Assembly: GCA_038065355.1 (NCBI GenBank)
Contig: JBBTRC010000007.1
Span: forward strand, 42,333 to 106,332
Direction of reading: 5' to 3'
Length of the DNA stretch: 64,000 bases
Origin: Patescibacteria group bacterium
GTDB lineage: Bacteria > Patescibacteriota > Minisyncoccia > Phycocordibacterales > UBA918
Positions 49,695 through 58,888 of this stretch are shown one piece after another. Within the stretch, counting starts at the first letter, position 1, and each line of letters starts with the position of its first letter. The translations under genes were made by a program, and so were the position numbers. The notes below the pieces were generated by a model. That model was not told the origin of the DNA and did no database searches. It saw only the letters and a program-made list of their open reading frames with translations.

Positions 49695-50375
49695 ATGGCC
49701 GTACCATTGCCTGAGTTGCTACTCATAGACAAACCCGCCGGTATCACTTCGATGGATGTTATTCGTCGGCTGCGGCGGTTGACCGGTGTCCGCAAAATGG
49801 GCCACGCGGGCACGCTTGATCCGCTGGCGACTGGACTTATGCTGATTGGTGTCGAAAAGGGCACCAAACGGCTCACTGAACTGGTGAAACTAGATAAAGA
49901 ATATCTGGCCGAAGTACGAATCGGCGAGTCGCGCACGACGGGGGATTTGGAAGGAGACATTGTCGAAACCAAGGAGATGACAGAATTGGAAGAACAGAGC
50001 ATTGCTGACACGCTCTCCACTATGGTCGGTGAGATTGAGTTGCCGGTGTCGGCGTACAGTGCGATTAAAAAAGACGGAGTGCCGATGTACAAAAGAGCTA
50101 GACAGGCGGCAAAACAGGGAGAAATGGTGGATGAATTACCAGTGCGAAAAATGAAAGTGTACGAAGCAGAGTTGTTACGCTATGAAATTGGTGACGGAAG
50201 AGCGGTGGCAACCGTCCGTTTTGCCGTCGGAAGCGGTACGTACATTCGCTCGCTGGCGGAAGAACTCGGTCGTCGCCTGGGGTATCCAGCGACTTTGCAA
50301 AACTTGCGCCGGACGAAGGTGGGGGAGTTTCGTATCGAAGACGCCAAGCAGATTGAAGATTTTAAAAAAGAATAG
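49695..50375 (+). CDS. truB: tRNA pseudouridine(55) synthase
   Basis: GHAGTLDPLATG and GTYIRSL motifs. Confidence 0.96.
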   Translation: MAVPLPELLLIDKPAGITSMDVIRRLRRLTGVRKMGHAGTLDPLATGLMLIGVEKGTKRLTELVKLDKEYLAEVRIGESRTTGDLEGDIVETKEMTELEEQSIADTLSTMVGEIELPVSAYSAIKKDGVPMYKRARQAAKQGEMVDELPVRKMKVYEAELLRYEIGDGRAVATVRFAVGSGTYIRSLAEELGRRLGYPATLQNLRRTKVGEFRIEDAKQIEDFKKE

Positions 50376-50411
50376 CCGCGCGCTGACATACGTCAGGCGC
50401 GCGGCCGTAAG

Positions 50412-50702
50412 CTATCGTTGACTCGGCGCAACTCGCCGCCGTTGGAACAAAATCGCGGCGGACATGAACGCATCGAGTTGATGTTGTGTCGTTCGGTCGG
50501 TAGCCTTTATGGTCACGGTGCCTTCCTCGTTTGTGACCTCAAGCTTTCCATTAAAGAACGTCTGAAGTGCCGCGAGATGCCGACCTTCCACATCGGCGCC
50601 TCGGGCCGTCCAGATAAAATTCTCGTCTACAGCGGGGTGGTTTTTAACGTTGCTCAAGAGTTGACTCCTTAGATTTGCAAAACGGTTGAAAACCACCACC
50701 AT
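50412..50702 (-). CDS. Orphan hypothetical protein
   Basis: Last ORF of a three-gene minus-strand unit. Confidence 0.45.
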   Translation of the reverse strand: MVVVFNRFANLRSQLLSNVKNHPAVDENFIWTARGADVEGRHLAALQTFFNGKLEVTNEEGTVTIKATDRTTQHQLDAFMSAAILFQRRRVAPSQR

Positions 50703-50780
50703 ACACCCACTACATTAAAGCATAAGTCATCATGTTTGTAAAGAAGTAAAGAAAACCGCCGACGATAGTATCGTGGGCGG

Positions 50781-51062
50781 TCAAAGTAGGTTGAGTTGTT
50801 TGGCTTTTTCTTTGCGTCGCTGTCCTCTTTTGTCCGCTTTGGCATGCCTTTCGCGCGCGTAAGTTTTCAATCGAGTACTCAGCTCGTTTGTAAGTGCAGC
50901 CAGCTTGTCGTTTGCCAATCCGTCTATTTGATATGTACTGACGGTCGATGAAAGCGCAAGAAACTCTCGAGCAATTTGCCACGAGTATTTTTCCCAAGAA
51001 TTTGGGAATTTACTACAGTGAGGCAAATATTTAATGAGTCGCTTGAATAGTTCCTCATCCAT
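50781..51062 (-). CDS. Orphan hypothetical protein
   Basis: Start overlaps the upstream stop (translational coupling). Confidence 0.5.
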   Translation of the reverse strand: MDEELFKRLIKYLPHCSKFPNSWEKYSWQIAREFLALSSTVSTYQIDGLANDKLAALTNELSTRLKTYARERHAKADKRGQRRKEKAKQLNLL

Positions 51063-51450
51063 CTCGCGCCCCGCGACACTTGATGAATGCGGACAGCTTT
51101 GGCAGCAAAGCCATCACTTCCTTCAAATGCTCTCCTCGTTCTCGAAGATCCGCCAAAGCTTTCCCTTTGTGATCAACTAACGCCCGGCAGGTGGGGTCCC
51201 CGAAGGAACTCACATGAAAGCACGAAGTAGTGCCAAAACCACGTCGCGTCAGCCAGAGTTCGTTACAAACAACATCAAACGACGCAGACCAACGGTCGTC
51301 GTCGCGAAGCTTCTGCCAGCGATTGTTGTTGCGAGCGACAACGCTTTTACGTAGGCGCTCCAATGCTTCTTCGAGCGCAGTCGGTTCACCAAGCTCGTTT
51401 TTTGCGATCAAGGCTCTGTCGACGAAGTCGACTTCAAATAATGTGGCCAT
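51055..51450 (-). CDS. Orphan hypothetical protein
   Basis: TAGACT-17-TATAAA promoter, SD GGGAG. Confidence 0.55.
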   Translation of the reverse strand: MATLFEVDFVDRALIAKNELGEPTALEEALERLRKSVVARNNNRWQKLRDDDRWSASFDVVCNELWLTRRGFGTTSCFHVSSFGDPTCRALVDHKGKALADLRERGEHLKEVMALLPKLSAFIKCRGARDG

Positions 51451-51512
51451 TCGAACTCTCCCTATGTTGAAGGTTCACCTTCCGTATTTATACCACAAAT
51501 ACTTAAAAAAGT

Positions 51513-51731
51513 CTACTTGTCCTCCTCTGGCACATTGCCATCTTCTGGAATCCGGCCGTCTGGATCTACTATGTGGTAGTTGGCATCCGTGCCCATACGA
51601 ACGGCTTCATAAGCCACTTGTGTCTCCGACGGCAGGGTCACCTCGTCGATGGACTTTTCTTCAACCCCATTTTCTACGATGGCGTCAGGGTTTTCGGGAG
51701 AGGTTTTCTTTCCAAAAAATTCTTTGAACAT
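51513..51731 (-). CDS. Small acidic hypothetical protein
   Basis: 72-aa ORF directly downstream of yqeY. Confidence 0.45.
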   Translation of the reverse strand: MFKEFFGKKTSPENPDAIVENGVEEKSIDEVTLPSETQVAYEAVRMGTDANYHIVDPDGRIPEDGNVPEEDK

Positions 51732-51750
51732 AACGTGTGCTACTTATTAT

Positions 51751-52203
51751 CTAAAATAATGATTCGACGACCGCTTTGACATCGCCGCCGTCAGCTTTGC
51801 CAGCGAGCTCTTTCATGGCTGCGCCGACCAGCATACCCATTTTACTCTTGTCGGTAATGCCAAGCTCGGCCTTTTTTGCTTCGACAATCGGACGGATCTC
51901 TTCCTGGCTCATGAGGGTAGGGAGGTAGCTCTCGAGGACGGCTAATTCGGCTTTTTCTGGATCGGCGAGGTCAGTGCGGCCGGCCGCTTCGTACTGCACA
52001 ATTGACTCCTTTCTTTGTTTGGCAAGTCGTTTAATGACTCCGAGTACTTCTTCGTCTTTCAGTATTTCTTGCGGCGTGCGCTTAGTGGCGACTAATTCAT
52101 TGGTAAAGGCGGTCAGCATGCTACGAACGGTGCGCAACTTCACCTCCTGCTTGGCTTTCATGGCTTCTTTCAGCTCGCCTTTGATGGATTCGTGTAGGGT
52201 CAT
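51751..52203 (-). CDS. yqeY: GatB/YqeY domain protein
   Basis: LKEAMKAK, KQRKESI, LESYLP and GKADG motifs. Confidence 0.92.
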   Translation of the reverse strand: MTLHESIKGELKEAMKAKQEVKLRTVRSMLTAFTNELVATKRTPQEILKDEEVLGVIKRLAKQRKESIVQYEAAGRTDLADPEKAELAVLESYLPTLMSQEEIRPIVEAKKAELGITDKSKMGMLVGAAMKELAGKADGGDVKAVVESLF

Positions 52204-52263
52204 ATAAACGATTTTAACACAAAAACCTCCCGACGTTGTCCGTCGGGAGGCGTTGGTGGTTTG

Positions 52264-53073
52264 TTAGTCCCAACCTAATGCTCGTTCGATTGCCGCGTCA
52301 ACATATCGAACGAGGAAGATGAACATATCGTAGAGGAAGTGTATCAGGATTGCTACCAGTAGCCCGTGCTGAAACATGATCAAGAAAAGGAGCATTCCGA
52401 TGAACCATGAGTTCACAAACCCCAAGAGTCCCTGATAGCGGTGACCGTTTCGAAACATACCGTTTGAAACAATCACCGCACTTCCGACCGCCCAGCCGTA
52501 GCCATTGAACAAGATATGTTCGAGTAGGCCAAGCGTACTTAGGTTTGCAATTGGACCAACAACGCTGGTGTAGAGCCAGCTGTAGATCCCAAAGGTCACG
52601 ATATTAAGAACGTACACCCACGGAACTGCTATAAAGAAGAGAAGCCACCGAAAGATGATCTCCTCAAAGACCCCGGCCATTAAACTAAGAGCAAAGCCCT
52701 TCGAGAGAAACTGTTCAGCATCACGGTTGAGACGCGCTTCATTTCTAGTCAGGATCGAGACAATCGTTGTCAACCCGGCTCCCCAGGCAAAAAGCGGCCA
52801 CGCTTGAATGATCGGTTCAAAACTCAACTTTGGTATCACCCAAAACTCAAATAGTCGAAACGGAATTATGTTTGGTGCGAGCAGTTCGACGAACGAAACA
52901 ACACCAAACAAAACAATCGTTTCAATAGCCAGCAACACAGTGCGCTCGTGGACATCCACTCGGTCGAGGATTACTTTTGGTAAATACCGTTCGAGTGCGT
53001 GCGCAACGCGTTCTTGGGCGCCGCGATAGTGACGAGGATCGTTTGTACAGTCATCAGAAAAAGACGTTTGCAC
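52264..53073 (-). CDS. CPBP (CAAX/Abi) intramembrane metalloprotease
   Basis: EEIIFR, F..GH and IHFLYD motifs; TTGACA-16-TATTAT; SD AAGGGAG. Confidence 0.8.
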   Translation of the reverse strand: MQTSFSDDCTNDPRHYRGAQERVAHALERYLPKVILDRVDVHERTVLLAIETIVLFGVVSFVELLAPNIIPFRLFEFWVIPKLSFEPIIQAWPLFAWGAGLTTIVSILTRNEARLNRDAEQFLSKGFALSLMAGVFEEIIFRWLLFFIAVPWVYVLNIVTFGIYSWLYTSVVGPIANLSTLGLLEHILFNGYGWAVGSAVIVSNGMFRNGHRYQGLLGFVNSWFIGMLLFLIMFQHGLLVAILIHFLYDMFIFLVRYVDAAIERALGWD

Positions 53074-53189
53074 AGATGCACTCCCTTCGTATCAGGTGTG
53101 GTTTTTCTACAAAAATAATAACAATTAAAATGACTTTGTCAATATCTTAAAAAAGGGATGTACAAGGTACATGATATGATAGTCACACT

Positions 53190-54272
53190 ATGGATCCAGT
53201 GATGATTTTGATTGGGTTGGCGATTGTTATTTTGCTTGTCTTAGTCTACGGGCTGTTTTTCCGGAAGCCACCAGCGCCCGACAACCAAGGCCTCATCCTT
53301 ATGCAGCAACGCCTGGAGGAGCTGACCCGCACCATGGACAGTCGCTTGGGTGAGACCAACAAAGCCATGCAGGAGGGGGCACGTCTACAATTTCGCGAAA
53401 GCAAGGAGTTGATTCAGGAGATCAACAAAGAAATGAATGAGCAACTCCGTAATGTCGTGAAGGGTGTGACAGAAGTGCAAGAAAGTTCCAAGCAAGTTTT
53501 CAGCGTGGCCGAGCAGTTGCAGAATCTTGAAAAGGTTTTAAAACACCAGAAGCAACGAGGGAATTTGGGAGAGGCCAGCCTACAGTTGGCGCTTGAGAAC
53601 ATGCTACCGGCCGGTGCCTACCGGATACAGTACCAATTTCCAGGTGGCGAAACTGTCGATGCAGTCATTGAAACGAAAGACGGCTTGATTCCGGTTGATG
53701 CGAAGTTTTCGCTCGACAATTATCGCCGTCTCGTCGACGCGCAGACCGACTCCGAGCGAGAACTTCTAGAGAAAGAATTCAAAAACGACCTCAAAAAACG
53801 CATCGACGAGACGGCGAAATACATTCGTCCGAAAGACGGCACCCTGCCGTTTGCTTTTATGTACATTCCGGCCGAGGCGATTTACTACGATCTGTTGGTA
53901 AACGAAGTTGGTTCAATCAAGGTCAATACGCGCTCGCTCATCGACTACGCATATAAAGACAAGAACGTGATCATTGTCTCACCGACGACCTTCACTGCCT
54001 ATCTGCAGTCTGTCTTGTACGGTTTTCGGGCGTTTAAGATTGAAGAGAGCGCCAAGCAAATCGGGAAGCAAGTCGAACTCCTCGGCCGACATCTCCAGGC
54101 CTACGACGAATATTTTAAAAAGGTCGGCAATTCGCTCGGCACCACCGTCAACCACTACAATGCTGCGCAAAAAGAACTCGGAAAAATAGACAAAGATGTG
54201 GCGAAGATAGCGGGTGAGGGAATGGAGATAGAAATGCTGGCGCTGGAGAAACCGGATAGGACAGAGGAATAG
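53190..54272 (+). CDS. rmuC: DNA recombination protein RmuC
   Basis: N-terminal TM, RGNLGE, PVDAKFS and VSPTT motifs. Confidence 0.92.
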   Translation: MDPVMILIGLAIVILLVLVYGLFFRKPPAPDNQGLILMQQRLEELTRTMDSRLGETNKAMQEGARLQFRESKELIQEINKEMNEQLRNVVKGVTEVQESSKQVFSVAEQLQNLEKVLKHQKQRGNLGEASLQLALENMLPAGAYRIQYQFPGGETVDAVIETKDGLIPVDAKFSLDNYRRLVDAQTDSERELLEKEFKNDLKKRIDETAKYIRPKDGTLPFAFMYIPAEAIYYDLLVNEVGSIKVNTRSLIDYAYKDKNVIIVSPTTFTAYLQSVLYGFRAFKIEESAKQIGKQVELLGRHLQAYDEYFKKVGNSLGTTVNHYNAAQKELGKIDKDVAKIAGEGMEIEMLALEKPDRTEE

Positions 54273-54344
54273 AAAATATAGAATAGAGGACAGAAAATAG
54301 GGAAGAGAAAAGAGAGTACGGAATAGAAAGTAAGTAAAAGAAAA
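54263..54344 (+). repeat. Degenerate purine-rich heptamer tandem repeat
   Basis: TAGAAAA TATAGAA TAGAGGA CAGAAAA TAGGGAA GAGAAAA... Confidence 0.65.
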
Positions 54345-54389
54345 CCGCGCCAATGCAAGTGCATGGCGCGGCGGTTTCTGATGCGCGAC

Positions 54390-54533
54390 TTATTTAGTTC
54401 CGAGCACCAAAAACAAAGGAATGAAGCAAGCAATTAAGAAGAAAATCGCCGAGACAACTTTTCGGTTGATCCCGAAGAAGTTGGCAATCGGAACTTCGAT
54501 CGTCGCGTTCAGTCTTTCAAAATATGCTCGCAT
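54390..54533 (-). CDS. 47-aa single-TM microprotein (absent from ORF track)
   Basis: MRAYFERLNATIEVPIANFFGINRKVVSAIFFLIACFIPLFLVLGTK*; TTGACT-16-TATAAT; SD AAGGAG. Confidence 0.65.
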   Translation of the reverse strand: MRAYFERLNATIEVPIANFFGINRKVVSAIFFLIACFIPLFLVLGTK

Positions 54534-54644
54534 GGTGACTCCTTTTAAGTTCCATCTATCATTATACACGAAAAATGCAAAAAGTCAAGTATGCGCTGGA
54601 ACAGCCTTGCAAAAAGGCTCGATTCTTGTATACTCTCGGTTCAT

Positions 54645-54974
54645 ATGGCAACAAAAACTAATACCCAATCTTTTGCCGTGATCTCAACCGGCGGCAAGCA
54701 ATATGTCGTCCACGAAGGCGATGTGCTTAAGGTTGAGCTCCTCGGCGACCATAAAGAGGGCGACAAAATCACCTTTGACAGCGTGCTGATGACTGACGAT
54801 GGCGCAAAGGCTAAAATCGGCGCACCGACAACTGGCGGCAAAGTCACCGCGACCTATCTCGGCGAGAAAAAGGGCAAGAAGCTCACCATCATCCGCTACA
54901 AAGCCAAGAGCAACCGCGACCGCCGCCTCGGCCATCGCCAACACTACGCAGAAATAAAGATTGAGAAGATTTAG
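54645..54974 (+). CDS. rplU: 50S ribosomal protein L21
   Basis: FAVISTGGKQY and GHRQ motifs. Confidence 0.96.
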   Translation: MATKTNTQSFAVISTGGKQYVVHEGDVLKVELLGDHKEGDKITFDSVLMTDDGAKAKIGAPTTGGKVTATYLGEKKGKKLTIIRYKAKSNRDRRLGHRQHYAEIKIEKI

Positions 54975-55028
54975 TAAAAATTCCCCGAAGACCGGGGAAT
55001 TTTTAAAAGCCGGTGAACCTGAGAAGGT

Positions 55029-55316
55029 TCACCGGCGCGTTTTTGGCAGGTCTTTCTCCATCACTACCAAACTGCGACTACGTGGCAGGGGAGTGAGCGC
55101 CTGCCACGCGAGTATGTGCTCATAGGTGTGGCGGGCGGTTCGGGGAAACTTATCCAGAAGTTCAACGTAGTACACATGGCAGGTGGTGAGAAAATACGTC
55201 GGTTCGCCTGCCTGCTGTTTTTTAAAACGGAGGTATTCAAAAAGTTCCTGCAAGGTGAACGAAGCCTCGATGCCATCTCTGTCGACGACAATGGTGTAGG
55301 TGCCATCAATCTTCAT
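55029..55316 (-). CDS. Orphan hypothetical protein
   Basis: Strong SD AAAGGAGGT. Confidence 0.55.
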   Translation of the reverse strand: MKIDGTYTIVVDRDGIEASFTLQELFEYLRFKKQQAGEPTYFLTTCHVYYVELLDKFPRTARHTYEHILAWQALTPLPRSRSLVVMEKDLPKTRR

Positions 55317-55460
55317 TAATGAACCTCCTTTCCTCCCTTACCCTACAAAAAGATGCGTCCATACGCAATTTGACAATGAGTATTTGAAATGTATAATATC
55401 GAGAGTTGAGTTTTGTTGCGTCTTTCAGTGTTATCAAAAACCACAAAGAGGGAGAACACG

Positions 55461-55604
55461 ATGTTGGAGAATAATCCCGAAACATACGCTGACACACTCG
55501 AAGGTCGTCTGGTCGACGAAAAGATCAGTCCACGTCGCGAGCCGGTTCGTTATGATCATGACACGACGGTCGACGAGGACACACTGTACGACGAAAGACG
55601 TTGA
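55461..55604 (+). CDS. 47-aa acidic orphan microprotein
   Basis: TTGACA(55370)-16-TATAAT, SD GAGGGAG, hairpin GGCGGTCTCGC/GCGAGACCGCC after the stop. Confidence 0.55.
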   Translation: MLENNPETYADTLEGRLVDEKISPRREPVRYDHDTTVDEDTLYDERR

Positions 55605-55644
55605 CGATAGGCGGTCTCGCTTTGCGAGACCGCCACAACATTAT

Positions 55645-56259
55645 TTACGCGCGATTTTTCAGCGCGTTTTTTATTGTCTCAGCGTCAGCGTACTCGAGCT
55701 CGCTGCCGGTTGAAAGTCCGCGGCCCAGGTGGGAGATTTTTCCGCCAGTGTTTTTTAGTATCGGTGCAACAATTGACTCGACAAACCGAGCGGTGTTTTC
55801 GCCATCGGGGTTAATTGAAAAGCCAAGTATTACTTCCTGCAAATTGTCCTTGGCTCGTGCCTCTACTGTGGCCTTGAGCGCACCGCCACGCAGTTTTTGC
55901 GAGTCGACCGAGTTTAGAAGTGGCACGGTACCGCCGAGTACAAAGTACAACCCGTCGTACACTCCAGCTCGTTCGATGGCCTGGATATCTGAATCGCGCT
56001 CGACGACCAGGAGTCGCGCGTGGTTACGGCTTGACAAGGTGCAAATTGAGCACAGCCGTTCTTCCGTGGTTGTTGAAAAAAAGCGATGGCAGCTCTGACA
56101 CTCGACGACCGTTGATTGGATGTTGGTGATGAGTTTGGCGAGTTCGGCGATGTCGGCCGGGTTCAGAGTGAGTACGTGGAAAGCAAACCGTTTGGCCTGG
56201 CGTGCGCCAACACCCGGGAATTTTTCAAAGAGGGTAATGAGTTTGTCTAAATCGGACAT
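55645..56259 (-). CDS. recR: Recombination mediator RecR
   Basis: PGVGARQAKR, C4 zinc finger, Toprim domain, GSELEYAD. Confidence 0.95.
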   Translation of the reverse strand: MSDLDKLITLFEKFPGVGARQAKRFAFHVLTLNPADIAELAKLITNIQSTVVECQSCHRFFSTTTEERLCSICTLSSRNHARLLVVERDSDIQAIERAGVYDGLYFVLGGTVPLLNSVDSQKLRGGALKATVEARAKDNLQEVILGFSINPDGENTARFVESIVAPILKNTGGKISHLGRGLSTGSELEYADAETIKNALKNRA

Positions 56260-56369
56260 ACGAGAAAGTGTATCATTGTTTGGTGTTCTGCCGTCCAGCG
56301 ATTTGGCTCGGGGAAAAGAGCCAAATCGGGACGTAAATTCACAATAGTCGCTTCCGCTCGTTTGTTCAT

Positions 56370-57746
56370 TTAAAAATCCTCACCGCCTCCAGCAGCGGCA
56401 TGCTGGGTATCGAGATTGAGGAAGCGGACGTGCTTGTCGTCGAAGTAGAGTTCAGCCTTGCCGACCGGGCCATTGCGGTGCTTTTCAACCAGAATTTCCG
56501 CGATATTCGGCCGTTCGGATTCTTTATCTTTGTTCATTTTGTCTTCGCGATGAATAAACATCACCACGTCAGCATCTTGCTCGATAGAGCCAGAGTCGCG
56601 AAGGTCGGAGAGACGTGGCTTGCCGCCGCGTTGTTCGACTGCTCGCGAGAGCTGTGAAATTGCCAACACTGGTATTTCAAGCTCGCGCGCGAGGATTTTG
56701 AGTGAGCGAGAAATCTCGGTCACTTGTTGCACCATACTGTCGCTGCTCTTCGTCAGAGTGGGGGACATAAGCTGGAGGTAGTCGACAATCAGCATGTCGA
56801 GCCCGTATTCGTTCTTGAGCCGCCTGGCGGCCGAACGCATCTTCACAATGTTGAGTGCCGCCTCATCGATGATGTGAATGGGCGCCTTATGGAGTTTGGT
56901 CATGGCGGCTTGGAGCGCTTCGTACTCATGGTCGTTGGAGAGGCGGCCAGTGCGTAGTTTCCAGGAGTCCACACCCGCTTCGGCCGCCAGCATGCGATCG
57001 ACAAGCTGCTGATCACTCATTTCGAGCGAAAAGATACCAACCGAAGCGTTGTATTTAAGCGCGGCGTTTCTCGCGATATCAAGCGCAAAGGTCGTCTTAC
57101 CCATAGAAGGCCGCGCTGCAATGATGATTAAGTCGGATTTCTGAAAACCAGCCAGCAAGTTGTCGATCGCGGTGTAGCCGGAGGGAACGCCGCGTTGAAT
57201 GTGTTGGTTCTCGCTCAAATGTTCAAAGCGTTCCCAGGCTTCTTGGAGAGCGCTTCCGATGGTGCGGAATTTTTGTGCGCTCGGCGCTTGGGTAGCCTGG
57301 AAGATTTTTTTCTCGGCTTGGTCAAGCGCTTCGTCGACGCTCTCCGGATCGGAGTAGCCGATCTCGGCAATGTCGTCGGCCGCATGAATGAGGCCACGTA
57401 AAGTCGCCTTGGCCTGCACTTGGTCGGCGTAGTACGAAGCGTTGCCGGCGGCGGGGACAGTCTCGATGAGCTCGGTCACGTAAGCCGCGCCGCCGACACG
57501 CTCCAGCTGTGACATTTCCTTGAGCTTCGTCACGACCGACACGAGATCGATCGGGTCGCCCTTGGAAAACAATTTCTGAATGGCGTCGTAGATCTGGCGG
57601 TGTTTGTCAGCGTAAAAGCTCTCTGGGAATACGGTCACCGATACATCGTGCATCACATCCGGCTTTAGGATGATGGCTCCGAGGAGCGCCTTTTCGGCGT
57701 CGACGTTATGCGGTGGGTTGCGGAGCGAACGGTTGGTGTCGGCCAT
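56370..57746 (-). CDS. dnaB: Replicative DNA helicase
   Basis: AARPSMGKT, IVDYLQLM and LSDLRDSGSIEQDAD motifs. Confidence 0.97.
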   Translation of the reverse strand: MADTNRSLRNPPHNVDAEKALLGAIILKPDVMHDVSVTVFPESFYADKHRQIYDAIQKLFSKGDPIDLVSVVTKLKEMSQLERVGGAAYVTELIETVPAAGNASYYADQVQAKATLRGLIHAADDIAEIGYSDPESVDEALDQAEKKIFQATQAPSAQKFRTIGSALQEAWERFEHLSENQHIQRGVPSGYTAIDNLLAGFQKSDLIIIAARPSMGKTTFALDIARNAALKYNASVGIFSLEMSDQQLVDRMLAAEAGVDSWKLRTGRLSNDHEYEALQAAMTKLHKAPIHIIDEAALNIVKMRSAARRLKNEYGLDMLIVDYLQLMSPTLTKSSDSMVQQVTEISRSLKILARELEIPVLAISQLSRAVEQRGGKPRLSDLRDSGSIEQDADVVMFIHREDKMNKDKESERPNIAEILVEKHRNGPVGKAELYFDDKHVRFLNLDTQHAAAGGGEDF

Positions 57747-57882
57747 AGGTAAGACCTAGTGTAGCAAATTTATCAGACCCTTGTTTTTGGGCCGTTTCGA
57801 ACAAAATAGGGGATTACCTGTGAATATTGACATTTTAGTAATTTCGTGTATAATAAAAGAGAAACCAAGAAAGGTTCTTTGA

Positions 57883-58116
57883 ATGAGCAGATTGGGTGTT
57901 CAAGAAATACAAGAAATCGAAGAGTCAGCGAAAAGCTCTGCCGCCGGGACGAAACTGACGTTCAATGCGATATTGGGCATGATTATGCTCGCGGCACTGG
58001 CCCCTGGTCTCATCCGCCTATTTTTTACGGACGCCGGACACACTCTCGCTGAAACCTCTGAGACCATGGTGTTTTTCGTCGCAGCGGCGACGTTGAAATA
58101 CATCAGAAAAGGTTGA
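57883..58116 (+). CDS. Orphan two-TM protein
   Basis: TTGACA(57827)-16-TATAAT, SD AAAGG, terminator at about 58137-58171. Confidence 0.6.
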   Translation: MSRLGVQEIQEIEESAKSSAAGTKLTFNAILGMIMLAALAPGLIRLFFTDAGHTLAETSETMVFFVAAATLKYIRKG

Positions 58117-58191
58117 GGCGGCAAACAGTCTCTAAGCCGCAGCGGAAATTCATTTCCGCTGCGGTATTTTTATTAAACAATTTTTGTTGCA

Positions 58192-58292
58192 CCACCACCT
58201 TCCATCACACTCAGAGAGTAGTGACTATGGCTGGGTGGGTTTGGCTGGGGCAGCCAAGGAGCGTGCGATTCGAGTGTGATGGAAGGTGGTGG
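58192..58292. repeat. Perfect 21-bp inverted repeat element
   Basis: CCACCACCTTCCATCACACTC ... GAGTGTGATGGAAGGTGGTGG. Confidence 0.85.
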
Positions 58293-58296
58293 ATTT

Positions 58297-58407
58297 TTAC
58301 TCCACTATTGTCACCTTTGGGCAGTGAGCAGTGTCTTCAAGCTGGTAGCCTTTGAGTTTTATCGCGTCGCGCAGTGTATCAGCCTCAAGCCAATTGCAGG
58401 CGATACT
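58297..58407 (-). pseudogene. cysS: Orphaned duplicate of the cysS 3' end
   Basis: Translates IACNWLEADTLRDAIKLKGYQLEDTAHCPKVTIVE* versus CysS IARNWIEADTLRDAIKLKGYQLEDTPHGPKVTKAE*. Confidence 0.88.
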
Positions 58408-58514
58408 CCGGGACTTATACACCGTACTGGTCGTAGAGCGCGTTGTTTTCTATTTGTAAACGATATAATGGAGGAGAAGCTTTTTAATATTTACGTAACT
58501 ACTAAAACAATCGT

Positions 58515-58880
58515 ATGGGAAAGCCGTTGATTATGATGATGATCTTGATGCTTATCGCGCTATTTTTTGCCGGGCAGGGCGTGTACATGCACCACAAGGT
58601 GGCAATAGAAGAAGCGACGTTTCACGCGTTGCAACAGGATTACTTTATTCTTTCAAAAGCGGAGCGCGAGGCGGCACCGACTGGTTCAGAGCTCAACCAG
58701 CGACTGGTCGAGATTCAAAATTATCCATCAACTCTGCTTGAGCTTAAGCTCGTCGGAGTAGGGAAGATTCTGACCGGTATCTTCGTGTTGCTATTCGGCA
58801 TTTTGATCGCGCTTATCATGATGCCAGTTCGCCTTGGTAACCGCGTTGGTAACATTATTAAAACTCAGCAAAGCTCATAA
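58515..58880 (+). CDS. Two-TM hypothetical protein
   Basis: Hydrophobic N- and C-terminal segments. Confidence 0.65.
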   Translation: MGKPLIMMMILMLIALFFAGQGVYMHHKVAIEEATFHALQQDYFILSKAEREAAPTGSELNQRLVEIQNYPSTLLELKLVGVGKILTGIFVLLFGILIALIMMPVRLGNRVGNIIKTQQSS

Positions 58881-58888
58881 ATATTTCT

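Noticed and set aside
58297-58407. cysS duplicate as a DGR template/variable repeat pair
   Set aside because: Differences are not adenine-specific and no reverse transcriptase is present
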